From NCBI GenBank assembly GCA_964016885.1, contig OZ024748.1, forward strand, positions 54,436,001-54,500,000: a stretch of DNA of 64,000 nucleotides. Direction: 5' to 3'. Under the pieces are notes generated by a model. That model saw only the letters and a program-made list of their open reading frames with translations. It searched no databases and had not been told where the DNA came from. Numbering within the stretch: the first letter of the stretch is position 1; each line of letters starts with the position of its first letter. Of the stretch, positions 28,311 to 41,127 are shown one piece after another. The stretch comes from Eledone cirrhosa (Eukaryota). Both the position numbers and the translations under genes were made by a program.

Positions 28311-30425
28311 GAAAATAATGACAATAATTAAAAACAAGAAATAATAATCTCCGCTTTAACAATGGCAAGATTTAATAATTTGAAGGGGAGGAGGAGAGGG
28401 GTTGGGGTTATTGTTGTTGTTACTGTTGTGATTAATGACAGAGTAGTGATTAATGAGGAGAGGGTAATGATGGTAATGGTGGTAATGTTAATGATGATGA
28501 TGATGATGATGATGATAGTGGTGATGGCAATTCTGATTATGAGGATGACAGTGGTGATGGTTGTTATGATGATGTTGAGAGTGGTGGTGATGGTTGTTAT
28601 GATGATGTTGAGAGTGGTGGTGATGGTTGTTATGATTATGATGATGATGGCAGCGAGGATGTCAATTATGATGATAACAAAAGAAATACTAACACAGAAG
28701 CTTGCTATTCTTGAATGTTCCAATTCAGATAGTAAAGACTAGTTGTGTGTGTGTGTGTGTGTCTAAATAAAAGAGGGGACAAGAGAATGAGAGCTGGCTT
28801 GGTTAGGGGCTGGGCATCGACAAATGAATGTGGGGGAGTAAAGATTTAATTAACTATAAGAAAGGGAAAGAAAGGGAGCCAATCATCAGATCGGACCAAG
28901 GAAACAATGTTTCCATTACTGATACTATCTGCCAGTTGTAACTCCTTGTAGAAGGAGCAACATGAAATAAAGTATCTTACTCAATGCTCAACAACAAAAT
29001 GTGCTGCCCCCATCCAGAAATTGAAACCATGACCATATATATGTCGACCCTAGTTATAAGAAATCCAACAATTTAAAAGTCATTCCCATCTCCCTAATGC
29101 AAGGTTTAGTGTTGTAGGGCTCTAGTATTTTGTGTCCATCATGGTCCCTTTTTTTTTTTTTTTTTAGGTAATCTTTTCTGGTTTCCTGATGCTAAATAAT
29201 TCTTTTAGTTGCTTCTTGAGTGTTCTTTTGTCTTGTAGCAGCCCTGTCCCTTGGGTGGGGTCACTAGCAGCCCTGTCCCAGATATGGGGACAATGTTATT
29301 CTATTGTAGTGGGTTTACAGCTTGATGATGTCCATCACCTTCATACCAATAACTGGTGCAGGGAAGTGGCTGTTTTGCCAGGAAGGTTGGCACACTTTTT
29401 AGAAGGGTGTATGTGATTTTACTCTCCCTAGTACAGACTGGTGAGTGAGGGTGAATGTGGATTTATGGATTTGGTTGAGTTCGTGGACAGTTTTTGTTTG
29501 TTCTAGTTGTGCATTCTTGTTCTTTGGTGTGTCGTGGGTTTGTGCCATGTGTGTATATCTTCCTACCACCCTCATTCTGTGTATGTGTGTGTGTGTGTGT
29601 GTGTATCTTCCAACCGCCCTCACTATGTGTGTGTGTATGTCTTCACTATGTGTGCTTGTTTGTACCTTCCTACCACCCTCACAATGTGTGTACCTCTTCC
29701 CACCCCCCTACCCCACCATATATATATGTACGTGATAATGAAGCTGTTTTGCTAAAAATTCTACACAGATTGGATTAATTTTATTTATTTTTAATTTATT
29801 TTATTATTTATTTTATTTTATTTTATTTTTTTTTTTGTATTGTTCAAATTTTCTGCAAATAAGATTTTACTGGGGATTGGATGTGATGACAGTGGTGGAA
29901 AATGTTGTTGTTGTGGTGGTGGTAGTGTGTAAGTGAAATTGGAGGAGTCTGTTGTGTATGTGTGATGTAACTGGAGGTGGTTGTTGTGATGGTATTATTA
30001 TTATTATTGTTAGTAGTAGTTATAGTGGTGGTGGTGGTGGTAATAGTGGAGGGCTAGTGTCTTGAGCAGGGTGGAGAGTGATGGACAACTGTCTTTGTTA
30101 GACCCCCAGACACTAATGGAAACAGAGTTAAATCTTAAGTAGTGGTGGTGGTGGTGGTGGTGGTGGTAGCAGTAGCTGGTGACTGTGGTGGGAGGAGAAA
30201 TTTTAAATATTGAGATGGCTAGTTTCCTTTTTAACACTTCCTTCCAATCTTTCTCCACTTTTCTCTACCCCCTCATCCCTTATTTCTCCCCCCACCCCAT
30301 CTCTCTCTCTTTCTCTCCCCCTCTTTCTCTCTCTCTCTCACTCTCTTTCTCTCTCTTTCTCACTCTCTCTGCTGATGAAATATCTTTGGTAACTTCATCT
30401 GGACACACCAAATGATAATGATAAT

Positions 30426-30545
30426 AATATCTAATTTGGGCCCAAGGCCACTAGTTTTGAGGTGGGGAAGAGAAAGTTTATTATGCCAATCCCAGTACTT
30501 GACTGGTACTTTATTTCATCGACCCCGGAACGATAAAAGGCTGAC
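30426..30545 (-). mobile_element. SINE family A, 3' fragment (long-tail variant)
   Basis: cccagtacttgactggtactttatttcatcgaccccggaacgataaaagg. Confidence 0.7.
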
Positions 30546-30766
30546 TATGAAGGAGTGATACTAGAGCTGTGAAATCTTGCGAGCATTAATTTCGACTCTT
30601 CTTATTAATAACTGCATTGTTTCTTTCCAGGGACTATATTGAAAAATAAACCTCATTTGGTCATACCATGAGAGTATCTTGGTCAGCCTATGAACTTTTT
30701 TAACTGACCCTTGTACATTGCCAAACTGAAAATAACTAAAGTCAATGTTTGTTTTTATCTTTGCAG

Positions 30767-31636
30767 GTAATGGTGCGAACCAAGACCAAGTCCTTATGTG
30801 TCCCTATTGCAATTATACCAGTATAAGTGAAATGAGAATCCAGGCTCATGTTCTAGCACAGCATACCACACCAAAGTCCCCGACCACAACACCATCATCA
30901 ACGCCAGCGTTGCCAAATGCCAGCATCTGCTGTCCGCTTTGTCAGGATGACTTTCGTGAGAAAAGGCCGCTGGAAAACCACCTCATCCAGGTGCACAATG
31001 TATCAGCCGAGGGCATGCACCGCTTGCTGGCTATGGTGGATCAGGAGTGGTTAGCAAATGCTGGAGGTAACTGTACATCGAGTGGCAACAGCAGCAACAA
31101 CAATAATAATCTTAGTAGTAGTAATAGTAATACTAATGCTAACAGTGGCAGTGTGAGTAACAACAGCAGCAGTAGCTGCACAACTGTTGCTTCCTCCAGC
31201 ACCAACACCTCTACGACGACCAGCACTACCACCACCATTACCACCTCCACCACATCTACGACCAGCAGCAATAGTAACAGCAACTGCACTAGTGGCAGTG
31301 GCATCATCAACAGCAGCAATTCATCTTCAAACACTAACAACAGCATCAACAGCAATAACTGCAGCAGCAACACAAACACTACAACAACCACCAACAGTAA
31401 TAGTAGCAACAGCACTGCCAACAACAACAATAGCAACTGTAGTAATAATAACAACAACAACAACATTTCCATTGCTACAACAACAAATACAACAATAACA
31501 ACGATAGCAGGTAGTGGCTTGTTGCCTACAATTAACAAAGGGTTGTCTTTTCCTACAGCCATGTTGCCATTTGAAGATGCCAAAGATGGCAATTTGGATG
31601 CTTTGGAATTAGAAGATGCTTATTTGGGTGAAGATG
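30767..31636 (+). CDS. ZFHX3/4: ZFHX coding exon: two C2H2 fingers (CPYC...HVLAQH, CPLC...HLIQVH) plus an Asn/Ser/Thr low-complexity tract
   Basis: Acceptor ttttatctttgcag ends at 30766 and donor G|gtaag starts at 31637. The exon is 870 nt, phase 1-1, and in frame with the next exon. Confidence 0.9.
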
Positions 31637-32819
31637 GTAAGAAGTTTTTTGTATTGTTTTTTGCAGTGTTTATTTCCTTTTATTAACTGTATAAGTGTGA
31701 ATGTGGTAAATTCTCTCTCTGTATGAGTCAGATTCGAAGCAGTAAAAACCAGTTAGACGATTACTCACCAGAGTACTCGATACTTGGGGTAGTTGAGTGG
31801 GTAATATAAAAAAGTTCAGGATCCCGACAACTGAGCTCCAGCTGTTTCAACAGCTAGATCCGAACTAAAGCGCCAGTATTCGAGTGGTGGGAATCTGGTT
31901 GATCTCCTCAGGGGGTGTAGTCCATATATGGGCAGACAGTATATGCAAAAAAAATAATCTTTAGAGTACGGTCAGGTATCCCATCACATCTCCCTGTCTA
32001 AAAGCAGCCTCCAAGGATGGTGAAGGAGAGGCAGACAAAGAAAATCCTGGTCCAGCAACATCAAAGATTGGACAGGTACCAACATAACAGAGCCCAGTGG
32101 TGATGGCTGACTTCAAAGTTATCAAGGGTGGCACCTGTTACAGGAACTTGATTGCTTGACACACACACACACACACACAATTTTATCTCCATTTTAGAAG
32201 AGGTACACTAACTGGGAGGTTAGTAACTTTACTTCAGTACTGAATTAGTCTATGTAGACCTGTCCAACCCTTGCTAGCAGAGAAAGTGGATGTTGAAAAT
32301 GACAAAGATACTGCATGTTATAAGAAGCTACTAAAAGGGTTAATGCCAAGAAGGGCATCCGACTGTAAAACCTTGCCTCAGAAAACCTTATCCAACCATA
32401 TTTAAATTGGAATCTTCCAACATTATTTCATATTGGAAGCATAAATTAAATTACTATCTTAGTAATTAAATAATTCAGGATTTTAATAAATTCCTCAAAA
32501 TTCTTCTTTAACCCACCCAACTCTGCATCTGGTTCTATGAAACAAAACAACCCATTTTAAAGGGTTCCTATTTATGTTAAAATCTTTTTTTTATGTGTAT
32601 GTCTGTTTGTGTCTATTTGTTTGTATGTGTGTGTCTGTATATGTGTCTATGTTGTAAGTATACCTCACTCTTAATATGTAATACTGTGGGCAACACCAAC
32701 TAAATATCAGTCATGCCATAATGTCAACACTGAAGATGAGAAGTCATCAATGACTGTTAACTTATGTAAAGACATTCTTACTCTCTTGTAAATCAATCAA
32801 TTTCTACCAGTTATGTTTT

Positions 32820-32990
<171 letters not shown>

Positions 32991-33775
32991 CTTCCCTTTC
33001 TGTGTATTTCTGCCCCCTCACACTATTCTCTCTCTTTTCTCTCTCACCTCTCATTCTATCATTCTTTTTTCTCTCCCTCTTCTCTCTTTCACTCTTCCAT
33101 CTCTCCCCTTTCTCCCTCTTTTCTCCCCCCCCCCTCTCTCTCATCTTAGATAGACCTACCTATACATATTTACATTGAGAGAGATTTTCTATTTACAGCC
33201 AGAATGTTGTTACATTCTGGCCTTTTTACTCCTCTCACTTCTATATAATACATACATACACACACATCTACACACACACACACACACACACACACGTGTG
33301 TGTGTGTGTGTAATAACGAATGGCAATGGCTTTCAAATTAGGAATTAAAATTTAGTTTCCTTGACTCTGGTTTCTGAGAATTTATAATTGTGCACACGCT
33401 TGCTTTCACACACACACACTCTCTTAAACATACACACACACTCTCTCACACATACACTCATGTTCACTTTCACACACAAACACACTCTCTCTCACACACA
33501 TTAATATAAGCATTAAAAAATTCCATATAGGTATGTGTATATTTGCATACAAATGTGCATTCACCTACTATTGTACACATGCAGACACACACATATTCAT
33601 ATGCATACATATTCATACACACACATATTCATATGCATACATATTCATACACACACATATTCATACACACACATATATATCCATATTCACATAGATACAT
33701 AAGTATGTATATGCCATCTGTTGTCCATAATTTGCTGTCTGCCATTACTAGCTTTGACATTGCACTAATGGCTAC

Positions 33776-34975
33776 TTACACTAACACCACCACCACCACT
33801 ACTACTAACACTAACACAGTCACTATCACCACTAACACCACCACCACCACCACTACCACTATCACCATCAACATCACCACCACTACCACTAACACAGTCA
33901 CTATCACCACTACTACCACTAATACCACTACTACCACTAACACCATCACTACCACTATCACCATCACCACCACTAACACTAACACAGTCACTATCACCAC
34001 TACTACCACTAATACCACTACTACCACTAACACCATCACTACCACTATCACCATCACCACCACTAACACTAACACAGTCACTATCACCACTACTACCACT
34101 AATACCACTAACACCATCACTACCACTATCACCATCACCACCACTAACACTAACACAGTCACTATCACCACTACTACCACTAATACCACCACTACCACTA
34201 TCACTAACACTAACACAGTCACTATCACCACTACTACCACTACTACCACTAATACCACTAACACCATCACTACCACTATCACCATCACCACCACTAACAC
34301 TAACACAGTCACTATCACCACTACTACCACTAATACCACCACTACCACTATCACTAACACTAACACAGTCACTATCACCACTACTACCACTAATACCACT
34401 ACTACCACTAACACCATCACTACCACTATCACCATCACCACCACTACCACTAACACAGTCACTATCACCACTACTACCACTAATACCACTACTACCACTA
34501 ACACCATCACTACCACTATCACCATCACCACCACTACCACTAACACAGTCACTATCACCACTACTACCACTAATACCACTACTACCACTAACACCATCAC
34601 TACCACTATCACCATCACCACCACTAACACTAACACAGTCACTATCACCACTACTACCACTAATACCACCACTACCACTATCACCATCAACATCACTAAC
34701 ACTAACACAGTCACTATCACCACCACTACCACTAATACCACCACTACCACTATCACCATCACCACCACTACCACTAACACAGTCACTATCACCACTACTA
34801 CCACTAATACCACCACTACCACTATCACCACCACTAACACTAACACAGTCACTATCACCACTACTACCACTAATACCACCACTACCACTATCACCATCAC
34901 CACCACTACCACTAACACAGTCACTATCACCACTACTACCACTAATACCACCACTACCACTATCACCATCACCAT
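33776..34975. repeat. ACC/ACT-derived minisatellite anchored on actaacacagtcactatcacc
   Basis: About 16 variable-length units. All units are multiples of 3, which yields spurious Thr, Val and GSD ORFs. Confidence 0.95.
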
Positions 34976-35054
34976 GAACAGCATCACTATCACTACCATC
35001 ATCACTATACACACTGTTACAAACTCTTTTTTTCGTCTTTCAATGGATTCCCCT

Positions 35055-35377
35055 TCTGTCTACATGTCTATCTATCTCCCTGTCTATCTATCTCCCTGTC
35101 TATCTATATGTCTCCCTGTCTATCTATCTCCCTGTCTATCTATCTATCTCTCTGTCTATCTATATGTCTACATGTCTATCTATCTATCTCCCTGTCTATC
35201 TATATGTCTCCCTGTCTATCTATCTCCCTGTCTATCTATCTATCTCTCTGTCTATCTATCTATCTCCCTGTCTATCTATGTGTCTCCCTGTCTATCTATC
35301 TATCTCCCTGTCTATCTATGTGTCTCCCTGTCTATCTATCTATCTCCCTGTCTATCTATCTTTCTCCCTGTCTATCT
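35055..35377. repeat. (ctccctgtctatctat) / CTAT minisatellite
   Basis: Seen directly. The array resumes after the LINE insertion at about 35783-35820. Confidence 0.95.
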
Positions 35378-35782
35378 ATATGGTGGACGAGGTTAAAAGG
35401 GCTGAGGTCAGACACCTTTCTCTCCGGCGAGCAACTGATTCGTTTTTTCAAATATCATTTTGGAGAAGAATCAGGATGGAAAGAGAGGGGTGCTGCACCC
35501 CAGAAAATTTTATAAAAGGTGGGTGAATGTGGCAAAGATGGCCCGAGTGGTTGGGCCTTCTCTCTATATAAGCCTGTAGGTTGAGGAAAGAGAGGAAGGG
35601 AGTACTTACTCTTGGTGCTCCTGGAGATGAGGGTTGTACATTTTTTCGGGGTGTGTACAACCCCTGTGTAACGCCTCCCCCCTATTGGGGATTTCAATTG
35701 TTATTTGTTATTTTATTAATAGTTTTATTTTCATATACCTGTATGTATTTGTATTTGTGCCCTTGTGGCTAATAAAGAAATT
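35378..35782 (+). mobile_element. 5'-truncated L1/Tx1-like LINE 3' end inserted in a CTAT-based array
   Basis: Frameshifted ORF2-like C-terminus IWWTRLKGLRSDTFLSGEQLIRFFKYH/WRRIRMERE..PENFIK/WVNVAKMARVVGPSLYISL*, then a 3' UTR with AATAAA at 35771. It is flanked on both sides by ctccctgtctatctat units. Confidence 0.6.
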
Positions 35783-36626
35783 TATCTATCTGTCTCCCTG
35801 TCTATCTATCTGTCTGTCTCTCTTATATGCCTCTCTCACAATATGTTGAAGTCATATTAGTTTGTATGTTGTTCGGTGTTTGTGTAGACATGCATACATA
35901 CATACTGAAATACCTACATACATACATATATGCATGCATATATACAAATCTCTGTATATGTGTATGTGTGTGTGTGTAAAATATCTAACCCTTGTTAGTA
36001 GGGAAAACTGATGTTAAATGATAAGGATGATGATAATGATGTTTTTTTATGTATGTATGTATATATATCTATATAACAATGAGAAAGAGAGATCAATAAA
36101 CCACTTTGATAATCTGTGAAGTCAGCAGAACATGTCCTCCACATACCCCAAAGCAAGCCATCTGCTACTGATGCTTCTTCTACCTTTATACTATTCTCTT
36201 GTTTTTTTCTATCTGGTTCAAACTTAATTTTACATTTATTTCCTCCATATTATTATTATTATTAATGGAATTATCATTATTATCATCATCATTAGTGTTA
36301 CGATTACTACTAGTGTTGCTGTTGCCATTATTAAAGCTGGCAATAAATTTCCACTGGTTTCATTGAGTCAATCAAGACAGGGCCACAGCTGGCTTCGGCA
36401 CAGTGTTGTTGTTATTGTTAATGTTGTAGTTATAGTTGTAGTCAGATAAGGAGGAGTTATACCAGCATAGAAAGCTTGGGGTAGGGTGTTGTGTGGCCAG
36501 GGGATTCCTTAGGTACCATTTACTTCAATTGTTTGGACCTCTTACCTAAGTCAGTTACATTGTATTAACAATGTTGCCTTTTCAACTACTGCCTTTTATG
36601 ATAACAAAAACGACCATCACCATCTC

Positions 36627-36658
<32 letters not shown>

Positions 36659-37321
36659 CAATAACTGCACTGTCAGCATTATTACTATGATCTCAACTTA
36701 GTGCCCACTTCTAAATCAATAAATGATTGATTGATTATTTCTCTAACTCTGAAACAAGCCATTGAGGTGTTGTCATTTTACCCTGCTGTGGTTTATTTCT
36801 TCTCTATCTAACAAAGTAATTGCCAGCCATGCACTATTATAGGACTAGAGTCTCTACCATTTAACCCTTTTGTTACCATATTTCTTATTATAAACACTGC
36901 CTATGATTTTATACTGGTATTTGTTGAGGTAGAGACTTTAGATACATTATAGATCTGTACAGAATAGGTTTCTTTCTTGGATATATTACAATTAATCTAA
37001 AGCTAATTTCATAAACAACTACTACTACTGCTACTACTACTACTTCTTCTCCTCCTCCTGCTGCTGCTGCATGAGACTGTTGCTGTCTTATGTTGTTCTC
37101 CTTTGTCTGATCAAGTTTCCAGGGCCCACTGTGAAAAGGTTGATAACTTTAGCCCTGTAAAAAGACTTTAATGTTAAAACATCATGGAGGTTCTTTGCTA
37201 TAAAACTAAAAGAATGTTTTACAGGTCACCTCACTGACCCTTACTGAACCTCACATTGAGAACATTGTTTTTATTTTGTGATTGGGTGCCACTATGAATT
37301 CTCTCTCAATACATAACTCTT

Positions 37322-37510
37322 TATGTCACATTTATACTCAAGTCACATCTGTACTCGTGTCACATCGGTACCCATGTCACATCTGTACTCACGGCATATC
37401 TGTACTCTCGTCACACCAGTACTCTCGCCACATCAGTACTCCCGTCACATCTGTACTCTCGTCACACATGCACTCTCGTCACATCACTACTCACGTCACA
37501 TCTGTACTCA
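37322..37510. repeat. Minisatellite of about 15-19 bp (gtcacatctgtactc), about 11 copies
   Basis: Seen directly in the sequence. Confidence 0.9.
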
Positions 37511-38136
37511 TGAAAGGCAAATCTAATTCTCTCTCCCCACTCCCTGGCCCAACACAATGACATAACTAATTACTTGTAGTGATAATTACTTCACCACACC
37601 CCCCTCCTCCTTCCACCCTACCTTAGATCTTGATAATTATAACAAAACAAGAACAAAATCACAAAAATAAATTAGACAAAACTATGCAATTTGCCTGTTT
37701 ACACACACACATATATATATATATACATCTATATACACACATATACACATACATTTATACACACAGATATAACCTTTCAAATAGAAGCTATTATGAAATC
37801 AACCTACTTAATCTTATATAATGCAGTGCATGTCATTTTCACTATGTATGTGTGTGTGTGTGTCTGTGTGTATTCAGTGTTTGCTTGTCTTTTTCACTCA
37901 TTTAAATGAATACCAATTGGCTAGGGTGTGTCACAACACCAGTAAGTAGTACATATCTCACCTATCTATTTACCTGCATATACCATTATACATACATGCA
38001 GGTATACATATATGCATACATATGTCACTGTTTGCTGTGCTATTTGTTTACATATTTCATAAACAATATGTTCTGCAGCTTGGCAGTTTTATAAGTTTTA
38101 TCAATTTATTAAGTACTATACCTTAAAGAAGGTATG

Positions 38137-38232
38137 GGTTGACATCAGGAGGGCATCTTGTTGTAAAAGACTGCATAAAAAATGTGGTCTAACCCATGCC
38201 AGCATGGAAATGGATATAGAAATGATGATGAT
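38137..38232 (+). mobile_element. RTE/SINE-tail-like family E fragment ending in (ATG)n (also about 11088-11140 -, 13790-13865, 32260-32375 and 47720-47905 -)
   Basis: Shared blocks: gggttgg(c/t)(g/a)tcagga(a)gggcatc...gtaaaa and tctaacccatgccagcatggaa. Confidence 0.55.
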
Positions 38233-38236
38233 ATTT

Positions 38237-38392
38237 CTACTCTTTTATTGGTATCAGTCATGCTCAGGGGTCACTGCCTGCCTTGATTTAGTCGATTATG
38301 TTGACCACTCAATACTTATTTCTTCAAGCCTGCTACTTATTTTATCAATCTCTGTCTTGTTGAACCACTAAGTTATGGGGGAATAAACACAG
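38237..38392. mobile_element. SINE-like family C fragment (also about 40984-41040 and 60927-61045)
   Basis: Shared blocks: ggtttcagtca...gactgtggc...caccgcc, tttagtc(g/a)a...tgacc and tacttattttatc. Confidence 0.6.
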
Positions 38393-38896
38393 ACACACAT
38401 GTAACTGGCTTCTACAGTTTCCATCTATCAAACTAAGTTGTGTGCTGTTGTTGTGTGTTGTTACTGCTGTTGTTAGTATTGTTGTTGCTGTTGTATAGTT
38501 TGAGATGGCAGACATGATTTCCTTCTCTTGTTTCAAATGGGTCAAAGATTAACTACTCCTGTACAATTGTATATACCTTCTAGGGTGAGGGAAAATGTGT
38601 GAGTCTCTCTCTGTCTGTGTAGTAGTGCGTGTGTATGTCTCTCTATTAGTGACTATATATGTGTGTGGGTGTCATCATCATCATCATCATTTTACATCCG
38701 CTTTTCCCTGCTTACAAGGGTGTATGTGTGAGTTAGTGTGTCTGTCTGTGTGTACTTCTTAAATTTTGTATATTTATTTCTAAGAAGACTTGAAGGAAGT
38801 TTAATTAGATAGGTTTTCTTTGTTGATTTTTCTTTTTAATTTTTTTTCTTTCTTCTTCGCCCCCTCTCTCCTTCTCTCTCTCTCACTCTCTCTCTC

Positions 38897-38966
<70 letters not shown>

Positions 38967-39495
38967 GAAATCATGATCCTGATGATGGTGGGTCATGGTT
39001 GTCCAATGGTGGTGGTATGTAATGAAGATGGTGGGGTTGTGGTGGTAGTGGTGGTGATGGTATGTAATGAGGATGGTGGTCAGTGGTATGTGGTGGTGTT
39101 GGTGGTGGTAGGGAATATGAGGTTAGTTGTGATAGATGATATGAGTTAGATGGTGGTGGTGGTGGAAGTTTTTTTTTCTTTGCTTTTTCCTTTTTGTCTA
39201 GCACTGTCCTAAAACCCTGATTCACAATGTATAAAGGAAGCTATTTGCATATTAATTAAAAGACAGAAGAAATAAGCTTTCTTTCCTTCTTTCTTTCTTT
39301 ATCTTAGGTAGTTTTTTTTTTCATACCATTCTTATTTATTTGATATAATTACATCTACACATCCACATGTGTGTAGATATGATATATACAGTCAGATCTA
39401 TATATCTACACATCTACATATATAGATCTGTGTATATATCATGTATATCTATGCATACACACACATCTATTATATTCCTTGTTAATAAAATAACC

Positions 39496-39537
<42 letters not shown>

Positions 39538-41127
39538 AGGGGGTGTACGTGTGTATATTTATATGATGATATATACATCTTTGACTGCTTATATGTCTGT
39601 GTGTTTATGTATATACTCATGAGTTAATCTATATACTCATATATATATACATATATACACACATGTATTTGTGTGGTTATGTATATACTCATATATGTGT
39701 GGGCGAGTTTATGTACATACTCATATATATATATGCATCTGTGTGTTTATGTATATATTCAGATATATATGAGTGTGTATGTGTTTCTTATTCTCTCCCT
39801 GCCATTCTTTTGCTGTCTATTTCCATCACCTTGTCTTCTCATTTGATTAATAGAACCTTTCTTTCCAAATTGTCTCTATGTGTTGCTGTATTTCTTGCTC
39901 CCTATAACTATTTATCCAACTATCTACATACATACCTATCTATCTATCCAGCTCTATCCACCCTTTTACCTACCTGTATCTCTCTGTCTCTCTCCATATA
40001 TCTACCTACCTATCTGTCTATCTATGGTTATGTATTCTCCCTCTGGTCCAGTTTTCCCCTCTTTGTTTCTTGGTTGTCTTCTTTCTAATTATGCCCACCC
40101 TTCCTTTCCTACCATCCACCAACACCACCCATCTCCCCGCCCTCTCTCTCTCCTCTGTTGTAGTTGTTGTGGTTGTTTATTAACACAATAGAAACAATTT
40201 ATTAATGCTGACACTCAACCCAAATATGTCAGCTAGTTTAGATAACTTGATGACTGAGTGCAATGTGGCTACTTTAGAGACTGCCAGGGGTGGGGTAGAG
40301 CGGGTGGAAGATAAGTATGTGTATGATAGAGAGGGGCAGACAAAGGAGAAAGGGGTAGATAAGAGTGAGAAAACTAAAGAGATAGATTGGGGTAGATTGT
40401 TGGAAAAGGGAGTTGGAGAGAGGGAGAGAGACTGATTGAGGTACCGTTGACACCAGGAAGAGAGAAGTATATATAAAGAGTTTGTAAATAAGAGAGTTAA
40501 GTTGAGGGTGAGATTGAGTGAGAGGAAAGTGTGGGAGATTGGGTGACACGAGAGTGAGTGAGAGTGGGTGTAAGGGAGTGGATGGCTGGAGAGGTAGTAA
40601 AAGAAAGGGAGGAAGTTGAGGGGTCTTAGAAGTGGAAGCTGGAAGTGTTAAAAGGTCAAGAAGACAAATAGAAGAGAGAGCAAGAAAGGCGATATATCCT
40701 TACACTTGTTTTCTGTTTGTGTTTTCACTAGAGCCTAATTTCCTTTTAGAGCTGTGTGTGTATTGAAAGAAGACTTTATATGTAGTTGAAATAAATAGGG
40801 AACTATTTATGCTTGTTATGGACCCTTCCAGAATGGTGAGGTTGATGCTACAGCAGAAGTATATGTAGTGGCTTCAGTCCCTGAATATTTATACCGAGGT
40901 CTCTCACTTAAGGTAGCCAAGAACTACATGCTGACTATATATATATGTACACAAACACACCTATTCGTTATTTTTCTATTTTTTACTGGTTTCAGTCATT
41001 AGACTGTGGCCACACTGGGGCACCACCCTGGTTCAGTTGATCCTATTGATGTTTATGATTAAAAAGGTACATATGTATGAATAATTATGTCATGATCTTT
41101 AATTTTACTTTTTATTTTTATTTTCAG

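Noticed and set aside
26510-28742. Long poly-Val, poly-Thr, His/Tyr-rich and Pro/Leu ORFs (up to 558 aa)
   Set aside because: They are translations of triplet-based minisatellites open in several frames on both strands, with no supporting splice context.
33543-35396. 617-aa Thr-rich 'mucin-like' ORF and antisense Gly/Ser/Asp ORF
   Set aside because: These are tandem-repeat artefacts inside a ZFHX intron.
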